Source: Amoebophrya sp. A120
Lineage: Eukaryota; Protista; Dinoflagellata
Reading direction: 5' to 3'
NCBI GenBank assembly: GCA_905178155.1
Contig: CAJINV010000005.1
Coordinates: 1,514,438 to 1,578,437 of the forward strand
DNA: 64,000 nt
In this document: positions 24,801-36,800 of the stretch, piece after piece
Numbering within the stretch: the first letter of the stretch is position 1
Layout of the letters: every line of letters begins with the position of its first letter
Notes under the pieces: model-generated
What the model was told of the DNA's origin: nothing
Database searches by the model: none
The model's input: only the letters and a program-made list of their open reading frames with translations
Position numbers and translations under genes: made by a program

Positions 24801-27800
24801 TTTTTGCTCAAGATTCGACCTGGCCTTGGTCAAGAGCTTCTTGCCGAATTTATTCACGTAGTAGTGCTTCAGAACCGTGCCGGCAAGCTTAGACTTTTCT
24901 TCCTGGATTTCTTGTGTAACAGACTGGTACTCGGAGATCAGAGACTTAATCTTATTCATGTCGGAAGGTTCAGCTCCTTCGGACTGCTCCTCTTCTTCAT
25001 ACTCCTCTTCGTACTCCTCATATCCACAGGAAGTTTCTCGTACAGCTACAGGTGCCGCACACACAAATGCCGCAAAAAGCATGACAAAAAATCGAAATGT
25101 CTCTTATCCTATTCAGCATGACCACAAGTCACCTCTTTCTTTTCATCTGTTGGAAAAATTTGTGATGCGTTTTGTACGTCGTGTTGTACGGGAAACTTGT
25201 ATTGCATACCTCGTCACCAGGATCATCCTGTTCTTCCTGCTGTCTTACGTATTCCTCCACGACAGCCGTCGAAGCTATTTGAACTTCTTCCTCGTCGCTG
25301 TCGTTTTCCATTGCCTCGTCATACTCCGCCACCGCATCATCCAACGCCGGATTTCCGGAACTGACCGAAATCCTTACGGCATCCTTGTAGTACCCGCGGA
25401 GGGCAGAGTTCAACAATCGGTTTTTCAATTCCAATCTCCTCTGCTCCTTCTCCTCGAGAGATTTTCGACTGTCAGCAACTTGCTCTTTCTGCACTTCATC
25501 CGCCTGTTTATCCATTTCGAACGCGTCAAACATTTCCGAAGCGGCTTGGTTCGACTTTGCGTGCTCCGTGTCGATTTCGCAATAAGCCTCGACCAATTTT
25601 TCCTGCTCGGACAGATCGGTTGACTCGTCCTTCCCGAGGTCCGCGACAAAGTGCTTCTCTAACGCGACATCCACCGCCTTCGCTTTCGCCTCCTGTTCTC
25701 GTGCCGCAGCTTCAGCGGCCGCGCGGTAGGCAGCGGCCTTTTCGGCGAAATTTTTATCGGACGAGTCGGCAGCAGGTTCTGATGAAGACTCAGATTCTTG
25801 TTCCGAAGCGTCTTCCTCCTCTGCTTCATCACCAGCAGGCCGCTTTTCTTCTTGTTTGGCAAGTTCTTGCTGTTCCAAAAACGCGTCCACCAGCTGTTTC
25901 GAGGTTTCCTCATCGTGTTCGAACATGCCGGTTTCTTCGTCATGCTCCTGCTCCACCATGTCATCCAACGCGGGATTGTCGTAATTTTCCGATACCCGCA
26001 GTTTCTGGTACTTCTGGATCATAGCTTTCATTGCAGACTCCCGCGCTTTCGTCGCGTCGTCGACCGATTTCCGATAATCGAGAATGCTCTGTCTTTGCTG
26101 CTCTCTCGACTCGGCGGTGGACGAGATGTTGACAGGATCTACATCTTCTTGGTCGGCGGGGGAAGTTTCTTCATCTACATCTTGCTCGTAGTACTCGTCT
26201 AGAATTTGCTCCTCCAACACCGCAGTTGTGTCGTCCGCAGACGCAACCACCGCATCGGCCTTCGGCTTCAAGTGGTTCAACGCTTTTATTTTGAAAACCG
26301 CTCTGTGAATCTTTCCCATCAATTTTCTCCGGTTTTCCTTGTGTTTTGCCTCGAGGTCTTGTTCATCTTGAGAAGCTATCGGCTTATTCGGAGGTTTCTT
26401 CACTTCCTGAGCGCCTGTCATGTAGTACTTTTTCAGCTGGTCGGGCGTCAAATACGAGGGGGCGGGGAGCGACATTCGTTTTTTACTTCGAATCGCCGCC
26501 TCGTCCGGTTCCTCGCCCGCGTCTTTTTGCGTCGGATCATCCTCTTCAGTTAAAAGAATTTGGTCCAAATGCTCATCGATACTGGCCCGCTTTCCATCCA
26601 TCACCTGCTCCACTGCCGTGTGCAGAGCGGCCTTTTTGTGCCGCGCGAGCTGCTTCAAGACCCAGTCTCGCTCCATCGTCTTCTGCTTCGGCAGCGCACC
26701 GTAGTGGGATGCAGCTTCGGGTGGAGGAGATGCGGCTTTAGCTGATGCTTCAGCTGCTTCAAGTTCTCCATCCTCCTCCTCTTCTTCCGAAGCGGCAGAA
26801 GAGGTTTCATCGTCTTTGTACTCTTCAGAAGCTGAGGATGCAACTTCCTCCTCTTCCCGCCTCTGTAGTTCCTCCTGCTCTGCCCGCAGCCGCGCGGCTT
26901 CCTCCTCCTCCCGCGCAGCCTCAGCCGCGGCGATCGCTTTAACTCTATCGAGTATTTCTTGCTTTTTCCGTTTTGCCTCCTGCTCCTTCCCCGCGGATTT
27001 CAGCCTCACTACCGTCATCAACTTGCCAACGGATTTCACCAGCTTCCCCACCGCGTCATCGTGCACTTTTTGTTTCCTTGCTTTCTCTTTCTCGAACTCG
27101 ATCTCTTTTTGCCTCTCCTCCTCCGCCTCCTCCTCTTCCAGCTCTTTGCGGATCCTTTCGCGCTCTTGTTCTGCTTTTAGTTCCGCTTCCTCCGCCTCGA
27201 TTTCTGCTTGCCTCTTCCGTCTTTGAAAATGATCCTCCCCTGCGGATACGACCCGGTTCACAGCTTCGACTTTTACCACACCTAAGTAGAGTTTTCTCAT
27301 CGTCTCGTCCCGGAATTTCTTTTTCCGCTCCCGCTCGATTTCCGCTTCTTTTGCGAGTCGGGCTTCCTCCTCCTCTTTCTTCTTTTCCATCTCCACCAGC
27401 TCGCTGTGCACGATGTTGAACTCTTTCGTCGTAACCAAGGTTGGCATCTTCAATTTCGAAAAGTAGCCGATAAACCAGGCGACCAACTCCTTCGCTAAGG
27501 GCGTTGGCGCGTTCCAATCGCCGTAGGCTTCGTACTTGTAGTAGTCGTCGATCGTTTTCAGCAGTTGCGTCTCCGTCCTCCACAACTCCGGTTCGAGGTG
27601 CACTAACTTCAAGCACTCGGTCAAAAAGTCCCAGAAATCCTTATCACAAATTTCCGCGTCGACCGGCTTCGCGAGCAGGCGCCGGAGTTTGGACGAGGCG
27701 CGCGCCATGTATTCCCTGAAAATTAACCATCCCCATCCAATTTGTCATGCAAAACATACATAAAATCATGTGTTTGCCATGCAGAAAGTGGATGGGGATG

Positions 27801-30800
27801 GGTAATTTTCAGGGAATACCATGCGCTGGTTCCGCAGCGTAAACTGCCTTCTCCGCTCCCCCAATCGTTTCGACACGGTGGCGAGAGAGGCGATGCTGGC
27901 CACGGAAGGAACGGAGTGGAGACTTTCCAGGTCGAATTCCTTCAAGTGCTCCTCCTGATTCGGGTCGAAGCTCGAGTCCGGCTTCTCGGATTCGTCGGAA
28001 GAAGACACCCCGCGGTCATTTTCCAAACGCGGTTTTTTGAACCTGGGTGGGAGAATTGGCGGCTGTAATTTGCGGCTCTTCGGAAGCCAAATCTCGCCGT
28101 GGGGAAGTTGAAAAGCCCGGTCTTTTCCGATCGTCAGTTCCGCGGTGATACCGACAACTTGTTCAGCGAGAAAGACTGACAGCCATTGTTCTCCTCTACT
28201 GCCGTCGTTGAATAGACCACCTGATTTTTCGATGTTATCGTCAGCTGCGCCCGAAACGATCTCGGTTTTCTTCTGCACCACAAATCTCGGTCTTCTGATC
28301 TCTTCCAGCCCCAGTGCGAGATTCTTTTTCTCCTTCTCGTCAAGCGTCGTGTCGAGAAAGTCTTCCAAAGCCATACTGCCGGCTCTTGCGGAAAACACAG
28401 CAGAAGACCGCTTTCCTTGCTCTACTTCTTCCGGGAGTGGATCGGGCTGAAAAAGAATTTCAATCCGTTTTGTCGTCTTGTTTTTCCTGTGGAACAGCTG
28501 TCCTTGTGCGAGGACTGTCTGCTTCCCAGAGGTCCACTCTTCGGTGATCACAGTAGCGGGCGACCTTTCATCCGGGCCATGTGGATGCAGGTCGTCCGAA
28601 AGAATCGAATGTCTCGAGGACGTCGCTGAAGCCCGGCTCTTCTTTGCTTTTCTATTTCTATCTGCAGCAGAAGCTCGTGCTAGCTCCTCCGGAAGTTCTT
28701 GACGAACGAGGATGTCCAAGATTCGCAAAATCTGCACAGGCTTGGTGCTTGTAACCAGAGCTACCCGCGAACCACTCCGAACAAGGTACTCCGCGTCCTC
28801 AGCAGCGATGTGCTTAGATAGCTTCTTAGCTGGATCACCTTGCAGCTGTAGCTCCTGCTCTTTATCATCGTCGCGTTTATCATCCTGGTCCAGTTTCTTC
28901 GTGTAAGTCAGCAAGTCGGATTTCTTCCGGTGATTGTTCTTTTTCAGAAACACAATCGTTTTCGCTCTTTTGATGTCAAGAACCTCAGCATCTTCGCCAT
29001 TTGAAGAAGGCAAAACACCTGTTCCAACTGGCTGCTCCACCCTCCAAATGATCTTTTCCGCAAACCCGGTTCTTTCGTCCGTGATAATGTCCCCCGCCGG
29101 AATGGATTGCAAAAACATTCTCCTGTCGTCCGGCAGTTGCGACAGAGAGTCCCTTTTCCTCTTGACAACATCGGCGTCCGCTTTGCTTTTGCTGACCGCT
29201 AATTTCTCTGCCGCATCTTTCACGACCAAGGCAACTGCTTTACTAGGTTCCGCTTTGATCTTTGTCGGCTTCTTTTTCTTCCGACTTTTCTTGAGATGAC
29301 TACCGTGCATTTCATCATCATCCGAAGAAACGGAAGAAGTCGACTCGGACGTGCTCGATTCCGGCGACGTTGTCGTGACCAATTCAGATTTCATGTGCAG
29401 CTCGTCGTGCCTCGCCGCTCGATTCAAAAACGACTGGTCCGATTTTTTCTGAAACACGGAATCCCCATTCTTCACCGTCGCGGTCGCGCCGTCGGGACAA
29501 ACCAAAACCACGTCGGCATTGTGCTGCACGAGTCTCGCAGCATGGACGATGGAAATGATCCCGGCCTCGGAAACGAGCTTCACCTGGTTACTATCTTCAT
29601 CGTGCTGGATGTCGTTCACCCGGATGATTTCCTCCTCTTTCCCGGTTCTGCAGTCCACCGCGACCGCTTCGCCAAAGTACTGCCGGATTTGCTTCTCATA
29701 AACCTCGTCCTTTTGCCCGGTTGCCTGCAGTAGCACCAGAGTGCCGTCTTTTCGGTGAATCAAGAGCTCCTCTGGCATCAACTCCGCCGCGTCGCTATGT
29801 GTTCTGGTGTCGTGCAACTTCCTCCCGGTGTCGTAATCCACGACGAAAACAGATCCGTCTAACCTGGAAACCAACTCTCCGTGCTGCACCACGCTCCTCC
29901 TGACCTCAACCAAGGGCGTGTTGGGTTTTTCAGACAAAAAACTGTCGATCGAGATCGCAGCCTTGTTGTCATCGGAATCCGACGTCACTTCTTTCGAGCT
30001 GAGTTTACTTGCCGACAATCGACTCGCAGCGGAAGTTGCAACGCCGTGCGCGTAATGGTAGGAGGAATTATTGCTGTTTCTGTTGTTTCCAAGGAAAGCT
30101 GGTCCTCCTGCTCCAGCATCGTGTGGACCTCGACAGGTGAAAACATTTGTCACCAAGAGCCTCCTCATCATCTTCTTTTTCGTTGACAACTCCTGCGTCG
30201 GGATGATGATCCCGCCACCTTTGACCCGGTAAAACACCGACCCGTCCGGGGCTGGTAATTTCTGCCCGCTGTCCGCGGAAACAAAATGAACCTCGCCGTC
30301 CTCGGATTGCAGCACACAGTCGTCGAGCAGCGGGTGCGACTCGCCGCTGGATCGTGTGACAATCATGCGTTTCTTGTCCACCATGCCGAACGGAATTGGC
30401 AGCGTTCGCCCGTCGCTCTGCCGGACCGTCACCGCGGACCCGTCCTGCCGGATGCAAACCTGCTCCGGGTCGGTTAGCGGTTGGACCGTGGTGGTGTGCG
30501 CGATGCCGACTTCCCCGTTTTCTTTGTTTCCAGCGGTGTAGTACTTGTCCATGAGCTTGGTGATCAGAAATTTGAGTCTCGCGGCCTCCCGCTCGTCCGG
30601 CTTCTTCTTCACGTATTCCTCATCGAAAATGTGGTGGTGGTGCTTGTGGTAGTGGACGCGGTGCTGGTGATACATCCCCTTCTTCTTCGTCCGGCCAAGA
30701 GCCACCTTGAACATGTGCATCAGCCGCAGCTTCTTCCAGCCGGTCAAAGCACTAGAGTCTGCAGCAGCTGTTCCAGACGAGGACAAAGAAGTGGCGACTA

Positions 30801-33800
30801 CCTGCTTCGGCTGGTGACGAATACCAAACCCCCCGGCGGTGATCCTCGTTTGCACGTTAAACACATCGTAATTCTCACTTTCCCCCCTATGCCTTTCCCG
30901 GCGGTCTTTTCTCGCCAGGCTATCCCCTGAAAATTAACCATCCCCATCCAGTTTGTCATGGTGCAAAACATGTAGCAAATTCTGTGTTTGTCATGCAAAA
31001 AGTGGATGGGGATGGTTAATTTTCAGGGAATACAGGCTGCGCTTCTCCTCCAGAGCTTTTACACGGAACTCGTCTTCTTCGGGTAAGGACTCGATGTACT
31101 CGACAACGTCCGACTGCGCTAGCAGTTCGTGCACGATCTGCTATGAACAACAAAAGTAACGCACAACTAGTATAGATTGCATTACAAATTTGCTCAGCAC
31201 GAGGAATGAAATTTCTTGTCGTGCCGATTTGCCTTCGGAGCAAGATTTGTAATGCAAGACCTGCATTAGCATTAGCAGTAGCATTTATACGAGTACGATG
31301 CTTTTGCGGTGGATATCTGCGATTCTAAAACGATGTTCTCTTTCCGCTGCTCGTTTGCCTTCTGCGCCTTCGCTTGCTTCTCCGTTTCCTCGCGCGAGGG
31401 GCGGGTGGGACTGCGGGATAGCAGCTCTTCGGTTCCTGTTTCGACGTTTTGCTGCTGGACTGCGCCGTTTTTATTTTCTTCGAAATCTACGTTGTCCTCC
31501 TGCCCCCCATCATTTTCACCACCGACGTCATCTTCTCGTCCAAGCTCTGTTACCGACCCGTCAGAGGTTCTTTCCCACATCTGTAATTTCAGCACATTCG
31601 TATGATACCTCTCCATCATTGCCCCGAGCCTGTCGTTCGTTGTCACCAGTACCAAGCTGTTGTCGCTGTGTCGCAACAGCTGGCGCTCGTACTGCGGAAC
31701 TGTTGTGGTATGCTGGGAGAATTTATTTGCGGTGCTGTCATCAAGACTCTTATTTCCTGTTTTGCTCTTTCTCTGTTGACCACTGTAATGATCTAAAGCC
31801 CCGGACTTGCGTTCGTGCAGAGACACCTTCACCACCCGTTGCTCCTCGCCATCAGCCGCGTGCACAGCTTTGTTGTATCTGGAAATAAGTGCTGCTTTTG
31901 CTCGACTGGAGTTCCTAGCGGTGGCATCACCATGGTCGTTAGTTGTACTAATTACACTCTCGTCCTCCTGGTCGCTTTCCCCGGCAGAGACAACCATTCT
32001 TTCGGCCTCCCCCTCCTTCACAGTATCCAAAATTTGGATTTTCTTTTTCCGCTTCCTCGCTTCCTCGACGATCGACTTCTCGATCACAAAGTCGTAATCA
32101 TCGATGAACGGAATCGCGGAGGTGAATCGCACTGGGTGGACCAACGGGTTGATCACCGGGCCCGCGTAGAGCGCCGGAAACACCACGTGTCCATCCGCTC
32201 GGCGGAGCAACGTGTCGTCGTTGTTCACAGTCGCTGTCAGTCCCTCTTTCGTCACAACCACAACCGAGCCGTCGGAGCGCTGCACAACTTCGGAATTCTC
32301 CACGGGGGTGACAAACCCATTCTCCGTGACAAGAAAAGCTTCCGACTTCGTTTCGGTTGGGACGGCGCTGTCGTCGACGTCGTCGCTTTCGCCTGGGCCT
32401 TCCTCTAGTACCTGAATTGCAGCTGCCTTCTTCCTGTAGTACGCCGCAAGCAGGTCCTGCCTCAACACCCTAGGCACCACCATGATATCGGCTTTCACGA
32501 TCGGCTTCTTGACCCCCTGCGGTGTCACAAGGACCGGCGTCCCGGATTTGTCACTGATAGAGAGTCTTTCCTCAGTAACCGGTAAAATCTGCTTGTCGCC
32601 CGGCTCCCCGAAAACCGACACAATCGTGCCGTCCCGCCTCTGCACCACGGTTTCCCGCTTGTTGCTGTTCAGGTCGACTTATGCATTGCAAAAGTATCGC
32701 ACTCGTAGTAAAACGTAAGTAATTGTAATTGGAATTGCTGTTATGCTTATGACACTTTCCTTCTCGTCCTAAAGTAAAACAACATTACAAATTTCATTTG
32801 TAGTGCTGAGCTAGTTTGCAATGCAATTTCTTTGTACTAGTACGTTGCTTTTGCATTTCATACGACTTCCGGAGTGGTGGTTTCATCAGGAGCCTCGTCT
32901 GTTGGTTCAAGTTCAGAACCAGTTGTCTCAGAGGAAGAAGGCGGGAGCTCTGACGGAGGAGCAGCGTCGGGGTCATCCAATGCTTTGACCAGGTCTTCGT
33001 CCTCCACCACCGGCAGTATGATTTTCGATCCACGGAAAGTCGAAGACTTGCGAAACACTTCCTTCCCCTCGCCATGCAGTAAAGCGGTGTTTCGCTCCAG
33101 AATCTTGTCCCCATCCGAAACTGGCTGCTCCAGCCCGTCCGGCGTCACGATAGAAAGTTTTTGGCTCTTTGTCATCAAAACCAGCGTGTCTCTGTCCACC
33201 GGTTTGGCATAGGCGCCGTCCTCGGCTAGCAAAACAGCCTGCCCGGTGGAAAGCCGGTCGATTTTCGCGACTGGAACGATTTCTAAAGGCGGTTCAGGTT
33301 CTTCTTGATCCGCTACTTTTTCTTCTTTCGCGCCTTTCTTGTAACTGACCCGAATGTTTTGCTCTAGTTTTTTCAGCAGGTCGTCGTGCTCGCGGAGAGC
33401 GTCGATGTCTTCCTCCTCGACCTCTTCGGTACCACAAACTTCCAGCAAATTGATCTCCTCTTCAAAGAGATCATCTTCCAGCATTGACGGCGGCGGCTCC
33501 TCGTCGCGGCCTGGGAAGTCTTCTAATTGTTCGGAATCGGATTCCGATTTTTGTTCAGACACCCGGACTTCGACTTCGTCCATTGTAACAGTCACGCGGT
33601 GCTCCGTCCCGGAGAGGTTTCTCGTTTCTTCTGTATTTTGTTCCATTTCAACCACTTCTTGTTGCAATTTCTCCTCCCGCAGATCCAAACTCCTGTCGCA
33701 CATTAGGTGGTGCAACAAGTCATCGTCTTCCGGGGGGACGAACTGCTCTTCGTTCCTCGCAGCAGCGACCGACGACAGCCGCCACGTTCGGCGAAACTCG

Positions 33801-36800
33801 CCGACCGCTTGCTTCAGCTTTTCCTTCCGGCGCTTCTTTAATTCCGCAATTCGCTGTTTCCTCGCCTCCTCCTGCTCTTTTTGCTCCCTCTGCTTTTTCT
33901 CGTCTTCGGTTATTTCCGCTGCGCTGGTGGTTTTTACTTCAGAAGTATCAGCATCGCTATCATCTTCATCTTCTGGCGTTGGAAGTGTGGCGAGGGAGGT
34001 TCTCGTCTCCTCCTCCGCACCGGGAGGACCGAGCCTGGATTCGAAATCGCCGATCAAAGAGACCAGGAGCTCCTGCTTTTCGGATTTTTTGCGGTCCGCC
34101 AGCGCGTTTTCGTGGTGATCGAAGAACAAAAAACTCCCAGCAGAGCGCCGTTCCTCGGCGGTGACGCGTTTGTATTTCGCCACAAGCTTGTATGGATGTG
34201 TCAGAGTTGAAATCGACAAAGTTGAAATAATTTGCCATGCATAAAATGGATGCCAGTTGGAACCCAGTTTCCAAGTGGCGCATGACAAATTTCGGTGGTC
34301 CCTAAATCCAGTTTGTCATGCTGTTTAGGCAAAGAAGGGCGATTTTCTCATGCTACTTTAGCAGCTCGAGCTGTAGCCCCAAACAGGCTAACAATCTGCC
34401 TCACTTGCCTGCTCTGCAACACACGTGCCGCGGGTCATGCATTTTATGCATTACAAATCATTTCAACTCTGACGATTTCAAACCTGACGCTTCCATAGCT
34501 CGTGCAACCGCCGTTGGATTCGCCCGGAGAGGGTTGGTTGCTTCGCCGAAGCAGGAGGTAGTTCTAGCACTTCGGAAATCTTCTTCAAAATCTTCACTGT
34601 CTGTTGCTTGCTGCTCCTAATTTTTTCCGGAATCACGAGTCGCGGAGGTTCATCATCCTCTTTCACGCGAAAAATCCAGTCTCCAAGAAACGCTACCGCG
34701 ATTTCGCCGTGCGGGGAAAGGTAAGTGAGGCCCGTGTCGTTCTTTTGAGACGTCGATTGGGAAGCTGCAGGTCGCTCTCCTTCTCCCGCCGTTGTGGTCT
34801 CCTCATCTGAAGACGGAAAAGCCCCCGCTGCCCCCACCTGCAACGCCGTCGTGGAAACTGCGACTCTATTGTCCTCAAAAACGAGTAAGTCGTTTGCGCA
34901 CGGCTTGGTCGGGTCTTGTTGGAGATAAACTTGCGAGGGAGGCGCAAGTGGCTGGGAAGCGTCTATCGGTTTCAAACTGACTTCCGCCGCTTCGACGACA
35001 AAGCTCTCGCTCTGCTCGCCAGTTGTCGACACCGTCACCACCCTCCCGTCAGCCCGTAAACAAACCTGCTCCTCGGACAGTCGTAGCACTTCCGCCTTGA
35101 TATCAGCTGCACTAGATGTTGACGACCTGTGCTGCGCTTTTTCGATTGACTGTTTGTCGAAAGTGAGCAACCAGGAAAGCCCGGTGCGCATGCTGCGGAC
35201 GATCAAAGCACGCTTGTACCGGAATTTATGCAACAACGAAGCCAGCGACTGCGCCGTCGTACCAGTGACCGGATTGCGGATCCCGACGGCGATTCTCGGT
35301 CGCTCTGGAACCTCGTCTTGATCCGCCGCGTCTTCAAACAGTGGCTCCCCGGCAATCACTGGCACCGCGGTGCTGTAGCCGATGTGCCGCGCGTCCTGCA
35401 TGTCTTCGTCGTCATCGTCAGAATCGGACGCATCTTCCATAGTCTCATCTGCTGGAGCACCTCCAGGCGGACCATCACCAACTTCGGGCGCTTCCACGGC
35501 TCGGAAGCTGCTACTCGGCGCACAGTAATCAGGTGGGAAGAGAACCTCTTCGGTTTCGGAGTCCCGGTATATCGTGTCGCTTTCAGTTACTTGTGACGAC
35601 CTCCCGTCTTGTGTGATGATCTTCAGCTCCTCTTGGTCCTGATCCAAGACGATGGAGGTTTTCAGCAAGGGGGTAGAAAACCCAGTATCCCCGTCCACCA
35701 GAACCGTCCCGCGATTGTGCGGCAGAACAGCAACCGAAGCGCGGATAATGGATGTGGAGCTCGGGCGGAGATCAGGTGCTTCTTCGTCCGGCGGGGGTCC
35801 GCCGGGTCCTGCTTCTGTAGTTCCGTCGTCCCCGAGCTGAGCCGCTAGATCGTCCACGATCAGCGCTGTTGTGAGTCTCGTACTAAAAGGCTTGTCGTAG
35901 AAGTTCTCATCAACACCATCGCCCACTAATTCCTCAATCGAAACTCTTTCCTCCACAAGAGCCTGGCACTTCCCATGTTCGTTGACATGGTACAGGACAG
36001 AGGAATTTCTATCGTCCACTTCATGTCCCCCGCGAACCAACTTCGACCCGGACACCCTCTCAACCGTGCCGTCCGGAAGAACGATGTAGTGCGCGGTATC
36101 GACGTCGGACCACTTTTATCCTGTGCAAAAGTATCGTACTCGTAGTAATCGCAATCATGCATTCCTGTCTTATGGTGAACCTGCATTACAAATTCCACTT
36201 GTCACGCTGGATTTCTACTAGGTAGTACGATTACGATACTTTTGCATTGCATAACTTTCCGTGATGCCTCCGTGCCTGCTCGCGGAGTCTGTCCCGGGAA
36301 AACCGCTCCATTTCGAAGGTCAGCTGGTCTTTCAACAAGTGCCCGATGGAGACGCGAAACTCCCCGGACTGCGGCTTCATCGCTTTCAATTTCTCATTTT
36401 CCGATAAAATCGCCCGTAGCTCCGGCACGACGATGCGCTGGTCTTTGGTCCGGACGTAGATCTTGCGGAACAGCTTCAAGTGCGCAATCCGGGCGGAACC
36501 GTCGTAGCGGGAGACCACCAGCGATTGACTTCTCCTGCGGGCGAGAAGGATGACGTGGTCGGCGGCGTCGAAATTCTGCACTTTTCCGGAATGCTCGTGC
36601 CTTAAGCGAATCCGGTCCACCGGAAATCGTCTCACCAGCTCTGCGGTCAACCGCTTTTTATTCTTATTTTTAACGTCCTCGTCTCCTGGCTCGTCACTAT
36701 TTTCACCTTCAACCCCGGCCAGAACCTCGTCCAGAGCGCTGCGACGCGTGCTTCTGCGCTGCTGCGCCACTGTTCCCGTGGCTAAATCTACCCCCTCAAT

